A stretch of DNA of 64,000 bases, taken from the NCBI GenBank assembly GCA_003167255.1, contig PMTR01000077.1:21546-85545 (forward strand). The letters run 5' to 3'. This DNA is from Bryobacterales bacterium. GTDB taxonomy: Bacteria; Acidobacteriota; Terriglobia; Bryobacterales; Bryobacteraceae. Below are positions 18,156-29,059 of the stretch, piece by piece (within the stretch, counting starts at the first letter, position 1; each line of letters begins with the position of its first letter). Below the pieces are notes generated by a model. The model worked only from the letters and a program-made list of their open reading frames with translations. It was not told where the DNA came from and searched no databases. The position numbers were made by a program, and so were the translations under genes.

Positions 18156-18710
18156 ATGTCTTTTCAGAAGGTGCTCAGGCCGCTGGTGGTCTGTTCGGCC
18201 CTCTTCGCCGCCGCCCAACTGGCCACGGCGCAGACCAAAGTTGCGGTGATCAGTTTACAGAGGGCCCTGTTCGAGACGGCCGAGATCAAGAAGGCCGACG
18301 CGGATATGCAGGCGACGCTCCTGCCGCGCCAGGCACAGGGCAAGAAGCTGCAAGAGGATCTCGCGGCGATCACTCAGAAGCTGCAAGGGGATCCCGGCAA
18401 GCTCACGCCGCAGGCGGAGTTCGACCTCAACGCCGAAGGCAAGCGCAAGCAGGTGGAACTGACGCGCATCCAGGAAGACCTGCAGGCGGATGCCGAGAAG
18501 ATGCGTACCGAAGTCCTCTCAAAGAGCTCCGACAAAATGCAGGCCGTAGTGAAGAAGCTGGCCGAAGAAAAAGGCTACGACCTGGTGCTGGTGGTGGATA
18601 CGCAGATGGCCCTGTACTTCAAGCCCGCGATGGACATCACCGGGGAGGCCACTGCCGCTTACGACAAGGCCTATCCGGTTCCGCCCGCCGCGCCGCCCGC
18701 CAAGAAGTAG
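18156..18710 (+). CDS. skp: OmpH/Skp-family periplasmic chaperone
   Basis: Signal peptide, KVAVISLQRALFET, and coiled-coil-rich Gln/Lys/Glu arms as in Skp. Confidence 0.75.
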   Translation: MSFQKVLRPLVVCSALFAAAQLATAQTKVAVISLQRALFETAEIKKADADMQATLLPRQAQGKKLQEDLAAITQKLQGDPGKLTPQAEFDLNAEGKRKQVELTRIQEDLQADAEKMRTEVLSKSSDKMQAVVKKLAEEKGYDLVLVVDTQMALYFKPAMDITGEATAAYDKAYPVPPAAPPAKK

Positions 18711-18717
18711 AATAGAG

Positions 18718-19221
18718 TTGGGACGCGAGATGGCCGGCTACCTGGATCAATACGGGGCGGGAGACGAGCGGCGCGCGCGGAAGATCAAGATCACTATTCT
18801 TTCGGTGGTAGTGCTGGCGGCGATGAGCGGCCTGCTGTATTTCGTGCTCCACAATTACAGCCAGGAGCGCCAAGCCAAACGGTTCTTCGCGCTGCTGGAG
18901 GCGCACGATTATCAAGGCGCTTACGTCTTGTGGGGATGCACCGCCGCGCGCCCCTGTTCGGCGTATCCCATGAAATCTTTCATGCAGGACTGGGGTCCTC
19001 CGGTAAACGTGGCGGGCTTCGCCATCCTGGATGGCGAGAGCTGCGGCAACAGCGTCATCGTGGATGTGGATGCAGGTGCGGCGGGAGACAAAAAGCTATG
19101 GGTCAGCCGCGACACGCTCGAGCTCGGTTATCCGCCCTACGACGAGTGCCCGCAGGGCAACCGCATTTACAGTTTCTTCCGTAACGTAAAGTACCGTCTG
19201 CACGGCCGCACGTACCGGTGA
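18718..19221 (+). CDS. Hypothetical membrane-anchored protein
   Basis: One N-terminal TM segment (ITILSVVVLAAMSGLLYFVL) and a Cys-containing extracytoplasmic domain. No family recognised. Confidence 0.5.
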   Translation: MGREMAGYLDQYGAGDERRARKIKITILSVVVLAAMSGLLYFVLHNYSQERQAKRFFALLEAHDYQGAYVLWGCTAARPCSAYPMKSFMQDWGPPVNVAGFAILDGESCGNSVIVDVDAGAAGDKKLWVSRDTLELGYPPYDECPQGNRIYSFFRNVKYRLHGRTYR

Positions 19222-19275
19222 TTTTTTTGGATTGGGGCGACGCGCGGACTCACGGCGTCCTAGAATAGAAGAGCG

Positions 19276-20397
19276 ATGGGAACGACGATAGCTGGCCTCG
19301 AAGGTGTAATTGCGGGCGAATCCGAGATTTGCTACATCGACGGATACCAAGGCGTCCTGAGCTACCGCGGCTATAACATCCACACGCTGGCGGACAACGG
19401 TACTTTTGAGGAAATCATTTTTCTGCTGTGGCACGGGTGGCTTCCCAAAGCAGCCGAACTGGCGCAGTTGAAGAAGGACCTGGTCGAGGCGCGCCCGCTA
19501 CCGGGCCAAGTGGTGGATTTCCTGGGCTCGAACGGCGGCGCGAATAGCATGGATGTGCTGCGCACGGCGGTCTCCATGCTGAGCCTGTACGACGCCGAAG
19601 CCGCGGACATGTCGGCGGAGGCCAACCACCGCAAGGCCGTTCGCCTGATGGCGCAGACCTCGACCATCGTCACCACGTTCGACCGGCTGCGCAACGGCAA
19701 GCCGGTGCTGGACGGCAATCCGAACCTGGGATTCGCCGCCAACTTTCTCTACACTCTCACCGGCAACCGGCCCGACGATGTGATGGAGCGCGCTTTCGAT
19801 GTGGCGCTGATCCTGCATGCGGACCACGAGCTGAACGCATCCACGTTCGCGGCGCGCGTGACGGCGGCCACGCTCTCCGATATCTACTCTTCCGTCACCT
19901 CCGGCATCGGCGCGCTGAAGGGGCCGCTGCATGGCGGCGCCAACCAGGATGTGATCAAGTGGCTGCTCGGTTTGGGCGACGAAGATGCGGCGGTCGAAGC
20001 GCTGAAAAACACGCTGGCGCGCAAAGTCAAAATTCCCGGTTTCGGTCACCGCGTGTACCGTACCGAAGACCCGCGGGCCACGCATCTGCGCGTGCTCTCC
20101 GAGGAACTCGGGAAGCGAACCGGCCATGAAAAGTTGTACCGCCTTTCGCGGCGCATGGAAGAGACCGTGAAAGCGGTCAAGGGCCTGGATCCTAACGTGG
20201 ACTTCTATTCGGCTTCCACCTACTATTCGCTGGGCATTCCGATGGACCTCTACACCCCGATTTTCGCGGTAAGCCGGATGGCCGGCTGGACCGCGCACGT
20301 GCTGGAACAGTACCACAACAACCGGCTGATCCGGCCGCGCGCCGACTATAAGGGCAAGCCCGACGGCCAGACCTGGATCCCCATGGCGGAACGCTAA
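19276..20397 (+). CDS. gltA: Citrate synthase (small, type I/archaeal-like)
   Basis: GLEGVIAGES..YRGY, LILHADHELNAST, GPLHGGANQ and GFGHRVY motifs. Confidence 0.9.
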   Translation: MGTTIAGLEGVIAGESEICYIDGYQGVLSYRGYNIHTLADNGTFEEIIFLLWHGWLPKAAELAQLKKDLVEARPLPGQVVDFLGSNGGANSMDVLRTAVSMLSLYDAEAADMSAEANHRKAVRLMAQTSTIVTTFDRLRNGKPVLDGNPNLGFAANFLYTLTGNRPDDVMERAFDVALILHADHELNASTFAARVTAATLSDIYSSVTSGIGALKGPLHGGANQDVIKWLLGLGDEDAAVEALKNTLARKVKIPGFGHRVYRTEDPRATHLRVLSEELGKRTGHEKLYRLSRRMEETVKAVKGLDPNVDFYSASTYYSLGIPMDLYTPIFAVSRMAGWTAHVLEQYHNNRLIRPRADYKGKPDGQTWIPMAER

Positions 20398-20399
20398 TC

Positions 20400-20672
20400 A
20401 TGGACGAACGCGCGTTTTATACCGATTCCCAGACGGCCAAGCCGGCATTGTTGAATTGCCCGTATTGCCGCACCCAGGACAGCTACGATCTGCAATGGTC
20501 GGTGCGCAAGAAGAAGGACCGCATCCCGCAGGGCGCCGACGAGCGCGACCGGGCGAAGTTCGCCAAGGCGCAAAGCTACATGGTGCTGCTGGACGACAAG
20601 GTGGCCTGCAAGAACCTGCGCTGCCGCAGGCGGTTCGACATCTCCGGCGTCAAGACGATGGCGTTTCTGTAG
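20400..20672 (+). CDS. Small zinc-ribbon-like hypothetical protein
   Basis: 90 aa with CPYC..CKNLRC cysteine pairs. Starts 3 nt after the citrate synthase stop. Confidence 0.45.
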   Translation: MDERAFYTDSQTAKPALLNCPYCRTQDSYDLQWSVRKKKDRIPQGADERDRAKFAKAQSYMVLLDDKVACKNLRCRRRFDISGVKTMAFL

Positions 20673-20680
20673 GGCGGGCG

Positions 20681-20920
20681 TCACCGCTGCCGGGCGAGTT
20701 TCCTCAAGCGCTGTTCGCGCTCGTCTTCGATGGCTTTGAGAACGTTGTATCCGGCCGGCAACTCGCCGGTGTGAACCAAGAACCGCCCCTTGCGGATCAG
20801 CGAGGAACGCAAGTGGATTGGCTTCGGCGTAGCGAGATCACGGCCCTTCATACCGCCCATCATGGCACATCCCATTTTGAAGTTGCAAAACGAGTAACCC
20901 GCAATGGGTGAGGAAGGCAA
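20681..20920 (-). CDS. Hypothetical small protein
   Basis: 79-aa ORF filling an otherwise empty gap. No recognisable motif. Confidence 0.25.
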   Translation of the reverse strand: MPSSPIAGYSFCNFKMGCAMMGGMKGRDLATPKPIHLRSSLIRKGRFLVHTGELPAGYNVLKAIEDEREQRLRKLARQR

Positions 20921-20984
20921 CAGTCCGCCACCACCTTTACGGTGTGTGTGTCCGAGTTCGCGCTACACTCATTGTGGAGACCTC

Positions 20985-22229
20985 ATGGCGGATCATGATT
21001 CTGCTCACAACGACGTGCGGCCGCGTACTGCCGTTCTGACCCGGGGATTCGACCCCGGATTATCGTTCGGATCGGCGCGGCCGGCGGTATTTCGCGCATC
21101 GACTTACGTGTTTCCCAGCCCGGAGGCGGCAGAGCATGCGTTTGCCATCACCACCGGGAAAATCAAGCCGGCGCCGGGCGAGCGGGCCGACCTGATCTAT
21201 TCCCGCTTCTCGCACCCGAACTCGGAGATCCTGGAAGACCAGATCGTGCCGCTCGAGCCGGGGGCCACCGACGCGGCGGTTTTCAACTCCGGAATGGCAG
21301 CCATTATGACGGCGCTGCTGGCGGTGCTGCGGCCGGGCGGTTCGGTGGTCTACACAACGCCGCTATATGGCGGCACCACCGGGCTGATTCACTTTCTGGA
21401 GCCATGGGGCGTGAAGGGGATTCCGGTGCGTTCGGGCGATTCGAAAGCGCTGGACGAAGCCATCCGCTCGGCCAAGGACTGCTGCGCGGTGTTGCTCGAG
21501 ACGCCGGCCAACCCTACGCTGATCATGACCGATATCGAACGCGCGGCGGAGAGCGCCGCGCGGCATCCGGACCGGCCGGCCGTGATGGTCGACAATACAT
21601 TCCTTGGTCCGACGTTCCAGCACCCTCTGCTGTTGGGCGCGGACGTCTCGCTGTATTCGGGCACGAAATACCTGGGCGGCTTCAGCGATATTTTGGCGGG
21701 CGTGGCGATCGGGAAGAGCCTCGATCTGGTTCAGAAGATGCGCAGCCGCCGCAATATGTTCGGAAATATCCTGCAGCCGGACGAATGCTGGCTGTTGAAT
21801 AGCAGGCTGCCCACCGTTTCGCTGCGCATGAACCGCCAGAGCAAGAATGCACAGCGCCTGGCCGAGGCCCTCGAGGGGCACAAGCAGCTCAGCAGCGTGA
21901 TCTATCCGACACTCTTCAAGGATCCGGAGCAGAAGCGCATCTTCGAGAAACAGTGCGCGTACCCGGGCGGGCTCTTCTCCATCGATTTCAAAGGCGGAAA
22001 GGCCGCTGCGTTCGATTTCCTGAGGAACCTGCGAATTGCCCGGAGCGCCGTATCCCTGGGCGGACTGGAGACGCTGACGTGCCACCCGAAGAGCACGACG
22101 CATTCGGGAATGACGGGGCCGGAGCTGGCGGAATCCGGCGTCACCGACGGACTGGTGCGCATCTCGGTGGGGATCGAAGACTGGCGCGATCTGCTGGCGG
22201 ATTTCGAGCAGGCGCTGGCGGCCATTTAG
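20985..22229 (+). CDS. Cys/Met-metabolism PLP-dependent enzyme (cystathionine gamma-synthase / methionine gamma-lyase family)
   Basis: YSRFSHPN, the SGTKYLGG lysine motif, and ..VRISVGIED at the C-terminus. GGAGA SD before the ATG at 20985. Confidence 0.85.
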   Translation: MADHDSAHNDVRPRTAVLTRGFDPGLSFGSARPAVFRASTYVFPSPEAAEHAFAITTGKIKPAPGERADLIYSRFSHPNSEILEDQIVPLEPGATDAAVFNSGMAAIMTALLAVLRPGGSVVYTTPLYGGTTGLIHFLEPWGVKGIPVRSGDSKALDEAIRSAKDCCAVLLETPANPTLIMTDIERAAESAARHPDRPAVMVDNTFLGPTFQHPLLLGADVSLYSGTKYLGGFSDILAGVAIGKSLDLVQKMRSRRNMFGNILQPDECWLLNSRLPTVSLRMNRQSKNAQRLAEALEGHKQLSSVIYPTLFKDPEQKRIFEKQCAYPGGLFSIDFKGGKAAAFDFLRNLRIARSAVSLGGLETLTCHPKSTTHSGMTGPELAESGVTDGLVRISVGIEDWRDLLADFEQALAAI

Positions 22230-22258
22230 TGAATCAGTACATCATTGGAAATTCTGTA

Positions 22259-22335
22259 TTCACCGCGGAGACGCGGAGACGCGGAGAAAACAGAAGCAAA
22301 GGCAAGGTTCGAGAGCGCGGAGCAAGCGGAGATCC
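22259..22335 (+). repeat. GCGGAGA-rich repeat element (TTCACCGCGGAGACGCGGAGACGCGGAGAA..)
   Basis: Five GCGGAG units. The same head sequence recurs at 52417. Confidence 0.55.
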
Positions 22336-22354
22336 TGTCGCCGGAACGGCGCGA

Positions 22355-22528
22355 TTATCGGTGGATCAGGTACATGATCCAACTGCCGGCTGCGATTGCT
22401 GCGATTGACGCGAAGAACAGGTAGAGGGCGTGACAGGCGCGCTCGCGCGCGGGTCGCGCGCCGGGGAGGGCCGAGGCGCCCGCGGTGAGAGCCGCCAGCA
22501 AAAAGGTGAAGGGCAAGTGGGGCATCAT
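22355..22528 (-). CDS. Possible small membrane protein (57 aa)
   Basis: MMPHLPFTFLLAALTAGA..LYLFFASIAAIAAGSWIMYLI gives two hydrophobic helices. ATGA overlap with the upstream gene. Confidence 0.3.
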   Translation of the reverse strand: MMPHLPFTFLLAALTAGASALPGARPARERACHALYLFFASIAAIAAGSWIMYLIHR

Positions 22529-22893
22529 CCGAGCGCGTCCGCCAGCGCGAGAAGATTCAGAAGACCCGCTATCACCAGAAGCGTCGTGCCGTATTCGTGC
22601 AGGCGTCCGTCGAACGCGTTCTGGGAATAACCGCAGAGGCGGGCTAGCAGATACGGGGCGCCAGCCAGAAATTTGGTGAGGGCCGCGGCTTTGGCGAGCA
22701 GAACCGTGAATAGATCCAGGCCTGCAAGATCGGCGGGCTGCGGCCAGAGGTTGCCGCCACCCAGAGTCATGCCGGAAACCGACGCGGTGAGCACCAACCC
22801 GAGCGAGAGTCCGAATTGGACGTAGCGGCGTGTGAGGAGATAGGCGCCGCCGGGGACCAGCCATCCGAGTGCGGCGAGGCGTGCGAATCTCAT
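22525..22893 (-). CDS. Hypothetical membrane protein
   Basis: MRFARLAALGWLVPGGAYLL.. with 3-4 TM segments. The start overlaps the lepB stop (ATGA). Confidence 0.45.
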   Translation of the reverse strand: MRFARLAALGWLVPGGAYLLTRRYVQFGLSLGLVLTASVSGMTLGGGNLWPQPADLAGLDLFTVLLAKAAALTKFLAGAPYLLARLCGYSQNAFDGRLHEYGTTLLVIAGLLNLLALADALG

Positions 22894-23882
22894 TGGCCGG
22901 CTCCGGCCTCTTGCGCGACTTGGGGTCGCGGGATGAGAAGCGTGCGATTCCAGCGGGTCCTGGTGAAGAAGTGCTGCGCCAGATCCACAAAATGCGCCAC
23001 GTTCCAATCTTCCAGGTCGTTGGTGGGCGCATCGTAGGACCAGTAGACCACCAGCGGTTTGCCCAATACGTATTCGCGCGGCACGAAGCCCCAGTAGCGG
23101 CTATCGGCCGAGTTCTCGCGGTTGTCGCCCATCACGAACAAAAATCCGGGAGGCACGACCACTTCACCATCGCGGACGTGCCAGGCGAACATGTCGCGGC
23201 CGCGCGGCGTGGTGTAGGCGCCGGGAGCGGTCGGGAAGTCGTCGCGATAAGGGTCGCGCCAGGTGGCGGAGTGGCGCGTGTACGGTTCCAGAAGCCGGCG
23301 TCCATTGCGGATCACTTGTTTATCGGCGAGGTGAAGGCGGTCGCCGGGGAGCCCGATCACGCGTTTGACGTAGGTCTGGCGGATATCTTCGGGATACCGA
23401 AAGACCACGATGTCGCCGCGCGCCACGTCGTGATACGGGAGGAAGTGTTTGAACGGACCCGGATCGGCGTAGGCCATTCGATCAACCAGCAGGTGATCGC
23501 CGATGCGCAGGTTGCCTTCCATGGAGGCGGTAGGGATGACATACGCCTGAACCATGGTGGTGGTGAAGAAGAGGAACGTCACTATCGTGAGCGACCACTC
23601 GGCGATGAAGCCGCGCGGCGTATGTTTGCGGCCGGCCGACCAGATGGCGCGGAAGTCGATGGCGGCGAAGCGTTCGCGAAATGCCGTGGCAAGCCAGTCG
23701 GCCGCGGATTGGAAAGCCAAGCGCAGGACCGGCAGGCGGCTGGAAGCGCGTGAAACGTGGCGGCAGCGGTCGCGGAAGACCTGCTGCATTTCACCGCCGA
23801 AGCGCAGGCGGAACGGCCTGGGATAAGTGTAGAGCAGGAAGAGATAGATGCGGCAGAAGCAGCGTTCCAGGGTCGGGTTCAT
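22890..23882 (-). CDS. lepB: Signal peptidase I with a ~95-aa N-terminal cytoplasmic extension
   Basis: Catalytic IPTASMEGNL (Ser) and YVKRVIGLPGD (Lys), plus GDNRENSADSRYWGFV. The N-terminus LLYTYPRPFRLRFGGEMQQVF precedes the TM segment. Confidence 0.85.
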   Translation of the reverse strand: MNPTLERCFCRIYLFLLYTYPRPFRLRFGGEMQQVFRDRCRHVSRASSRLPVLRLAFQSAADWLATAFRERFAAIDFRAIWSAGRKHTPRGFIAEWSLTIVTFLFFTTTMVQAYVIPTASMEGNLRIGDHLLVDRMAYADPGPFKHFLPYHDVARGDIVVFRYPEDIRQTYVKRVIGLPGDRLHLADKQVIRNGRRLLEPYTRHSATWRDPYRDDFPTAPGAYTTPRGRDMFAWHVRDGEVVVPPGFLFVMGDNRENSADSRYWGFVPREYVLGKPLVVYWSYDAPTNDLEDWNVAHFVDLAQHFFTRTRWNRTLLIPRPQVAQEAGAGQ

Positions 23883-23891
23883 GGGTTTTCC

Positions 23892-24281
23892 TCATACGGC
23901 TGAAGGTTTGGAGCGTGCGAAGAGGCGCTTGGATTTGGCTGCGACCAGCGCGCCGGCCAGGCGCTGCGCTTCTTCGCGGACGATGCGGCGTCCGAGGCTC
24001 GTCATGCGGTAATAACGGCGGCGCTGATCGTCCAGGGAGGGGTCGGGCCGCTCGTCGGATTCTTCCACCAGGCGAGCCACGAGCATGCGCTTGAGGCAGC
24101 CGTAGAGCGTGCCGGGGCCGAGCTGGAGCTTGTCGTTGGTCTGGTGCGCGACGTCCTGCATGATGCCGTAGCCGTGACGTTCCTGATCGGCGAGGGCCAG
24201 CAGGATGTGAAAGACCGGCGGCGTGAGGGGCAGCAGGTTTTGCGGCGGTGTTTTGTTCATCAATACATCCGTTACGGACAT
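23892..24281 (-). CDS. PadR-family transcriptional regulator
   Basis: FHILLALADQERHGYGIMQDV..GPGTLYGCLKRMLVARLVEE..RRRYYRMTSLG is the canonical PadR winged helix. Confidence 0.85.
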   Translation of the reverse strand: MSVTDVLMNKTPPQNLLPLTPPVFHILLALADQERHGYGIMQDVAHQTNDKLQLGPGTLYGCLKRMLVARLVEESDERPDPSLDDQRRRYYRMTSLGRRIVREEAQRLAGALVAAKSKRLFARSKPSAV

Positions 24282-24458
24282 AGTAAGCGAAGGGATGGAT
24301 GGTTGTCAATAGGGTGGGACCGATCCCGGCGCTCGGGGAGACAGGCCACAAACAACGATGGCCTGTCCCACGGGGTGGGAAATCCGCCACATGGGGGAGA
24401 GTCACGGGTGCCTGGAATCTGTTGCTTGCAGTGGAAACCGGATTGCTTGGGCCCCGGT

Positions 24459-25439
24459 ATGCGTAGTGTGCTTCTGCTCTTTGTCCTGGCATCGGCGCTT
24501 GCGGCGCAATCGACTGCGGTGTTAGCGGCGCTGGCCACTGGGTCCTACTTTCCTTTGGACGTGGGAGATCGCTGGGTGTACCGCATCGACGACCGGCTAG
24601 TCACCGGTTCGTATCAGACCTGGCGGGTCGACCGCACGGCCACGTATAACGGTACGACATACTCGGTGATTGCGATCGAGGGGCCAGGGAGCTTCTATTG
24701 GGAGTCCTGGTTCCGCGCGGACAGCACGGGCAAGATTTACCAGCCTTCGGGCGCGGGTGAGGTTTTGTTCCTCGACCCGAGCGGCCAGGCCGCTCCGAGC
24801 GCGGAACTGCAGGTGACGGGGAAGGGCGGAGGATACGCCACTTCGCTCGGGACTTTTCCGGACACGCTGGCGTACAGCGATCGGCTGAATTCGCTGGATC
24901 TGGAGACAGGCACTCTGGCGCGCGGCATCGGCCTGCTGACCAGCAACACGCAGATGCTGTCCGGATCTTCGGGCGGTTTCACGCAAGGCCGCACGCTGGT
25001 GGAAGCCACGGTGGCGGGCGGCATCCATTTTCCGGCGCCAGTGCCTTCGGTGCAACTGGGGATGGAAAGCCTGAGTCTGAATGTGAGCGGCCAGAAGGCG
25101 ACCAATTGCGCGGTGCCGTGCTATTTCGTGGCGTGCGGGCTGGTGCCGGGAGCGGATCCACCAGGCACGTACAAACCGTGCGCGCAAGCGCGCGTGGGAC
25201 TGGCGAACTGGCCGGCCGCGGCGAGCCGCGCGGTACGCGTGCAGTTTGTGGCGCCCGACGGAACAACGCGGTTCGATCAGACGCTGAACCTGGACGCCTC
25301 GCCGGCCGAGAGCGTGATTTTCGTGCAGGTGCCGCTGTATTCCGCGCCCAACTTGGGGCTACCGGCCGGGCTTTACCAGTTGCTGGCGAAGACGGTGGAC
25401 GGGACGGCGCAGAGCGCGCTGGTGGTGCAGGTTCAGTGA
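24459..25439 (+). CDS. Secreted hypothetical protein
   Basis: Signal peptide MRSVLLLFVLASALAAQS. 326 aa, beta-rich composition, no family recognised. Confidence 0.55.
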   Translation: MRSVLLLFVLASALAAQSTAVLAALATGSYFPLDVGDRWVYRIDDRLVTGSYQTWRVDRTATYNGTTYSVIAIEGPGSFYWESWFRADSTGKIYQPSGAGEVLFLDPSGQAAPSAELQVTGKGGGYATSLGTFPDTLAYSDRLNSLDLETGTLARGIGLLTSNTQMLSGSSGGFTQGRTLVEATVAGGIHFPAPVPSVQLGMESLSLNVSGQKATNCAVPCYFVACGLVPGADPPGTYKPCAQARVGLANWPAAASRAVRVQFVAPDGTTRFDQTLNLDASPAESVIFVQVPLYSAPNLGLPAGLYQLLAKTVDGTAQSALVVQVQ

Positions 25440-25504
25440 CCGACGGCCTTGCACACGCTCAGTGTGCATCTGTGTAGACTGGAACGACTGGGGTTGAATT
25501 TCGA

Positions 25505-25690
25505 ATGCAACTGCGGGAACAACTGAAGCGGGCGGCGATTCGCGACCATGACCTCGACCAGGAGATCGCCAGCGACTGGTTTGCGGTGGATCAGGAACAA
25601 AGGCAACAACTCGACCACCCCGAAAAGCCGCCACGCGTTCGTGGCCCCAAAGAGGCGCAATCTACCTCACGGCGCTCGACCCAGCGGTAG
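25505..25690 (+). CDS. Possible antitoxin remnant upstream of mazF
   Basis: 61-aa ORF whose 3' part overlaps the mazF N-terminal coding region in another frame. Weak support. Confidence 0.2.
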   Translation: MQLREQLKRAAIRDHDLDQEIASDWFAVDQEQRQQLDHPEKPPRVRGPKEAQSTSRRSTQR

Positions 25691-26007
25691 GGTACGAGAT
25701 CCAGAAGACCAGGCCGGCGCTGGTCATTCAAAAGGACACCTCAAATCAATTCAGCGGCACCACCATGGTGGCGCCGATCACTTCAACGGTGCGCCTGCCG
25801 CTATCGCCTCTGCACGTGCTCTTGCCGGCCGGCGCATCTAGCGGCTTGACGGTCGCCTCGGTGGCCGTCTTTAACCAGATCCGCGCGGTGGATCGCTCTC
25901 GGCCGATCAAGAAACTGGGTGAGGCTGGCTCAGCAATCATGCTGCAGGCAGATGAGGCCATCAGGGCCGCTTTCGGTTTGCCCAGGGATCGCAATGATCG
26001 GGTCTAG
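25552..26007 (+). pseudogene. mazF: MazF/PemK-family toxin, apparently start-less or frameshifted
   Basis: The frame encodes ..RGAIYLTALDPAVGYEIQKTRPALVIQKD..TTMVAPITSTVR..VFNQIRAVDRSR. There is no ATG/GTG/TTG between the upstream stop (25549) and 25765, so the conserved N-terminal strands lack a start. Confidence 0.55.
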
Positions 26008-26125
26008 GCGCACCACCGGCAACCTCAGTGACCTGCTGCTACTCCGACCGCAACGCCGGCGAGTGGAGTTTCGTTGAGGAAAACCCGGTAACAAGCGGCC
26101 TTGCAGGGTGTGCGCGAAGAGTGGC

Positions 26126-26214
26126 GATGGTCAAGCGCGTACAAGACACCGGCGGCAAGACCGCCGGCGCTACCAGTTGGTCTTGGCGGAGCCTGAAAAA
26201 TGTAGAAACTCCAG
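26126..26214 (+). repeat. ~88-bp intergenic element, copy B (paralog of 15372-15459)
   Basis: The identical 38-mer is at 26147-26184. Located in the alaS upstream region. Confidence 0.6.
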
Positions 26215-26306
26215 CCGCCGGCAACGCTGACCAGGGTCGCCGTCTCGCAGAGTTGGGAATCTTCTCCCCTATAATTGAATTTAGTCCACATCCACAAGGA
26301 ATCTCC

Positions 26307-28943
<2,637 letters not shown>

Positions 28944-28949
28944 GGGCGA

Positions 28950-29059
28950 GTGGGGCAGACCCTCCTGGTCTGCGCGGGACGCCCTCGTCCCGCCGCCGGA
29001 ACCACAAACGAACGCTGGCCGACGGGGGCGTCGGCCGCATACCAGGGGGTCTGCCCCAC
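28950..29059 (+). repeat. Nested three-stem palindromic intergenic element
   Basis: Outer arms GTGGGGCAGACCC.. (28950-28968) and ..GGGTCTGCCCCAC (29042-29059) enclose the hairpins GCGGGACGccctCGTCCCGC (28974-28993) and GGCCGACGggggCGTCGGCC (29017-29036). Confidence 0.6.

Noticed and set aside
26008-26306. Riboswitch/T-box-type leader upstream of alaS, and a SAM riboswitch upstream of the Cys/Met PLP enzyme (20921-20984).
   Set aside because: The alaS leader is largely explained by the duplicated repeat element and shows no T-box specifier/antiterminator layout. The 64-nt spacer before 20985 is too short and lacks recognisable SAM-riboswitch motifs.
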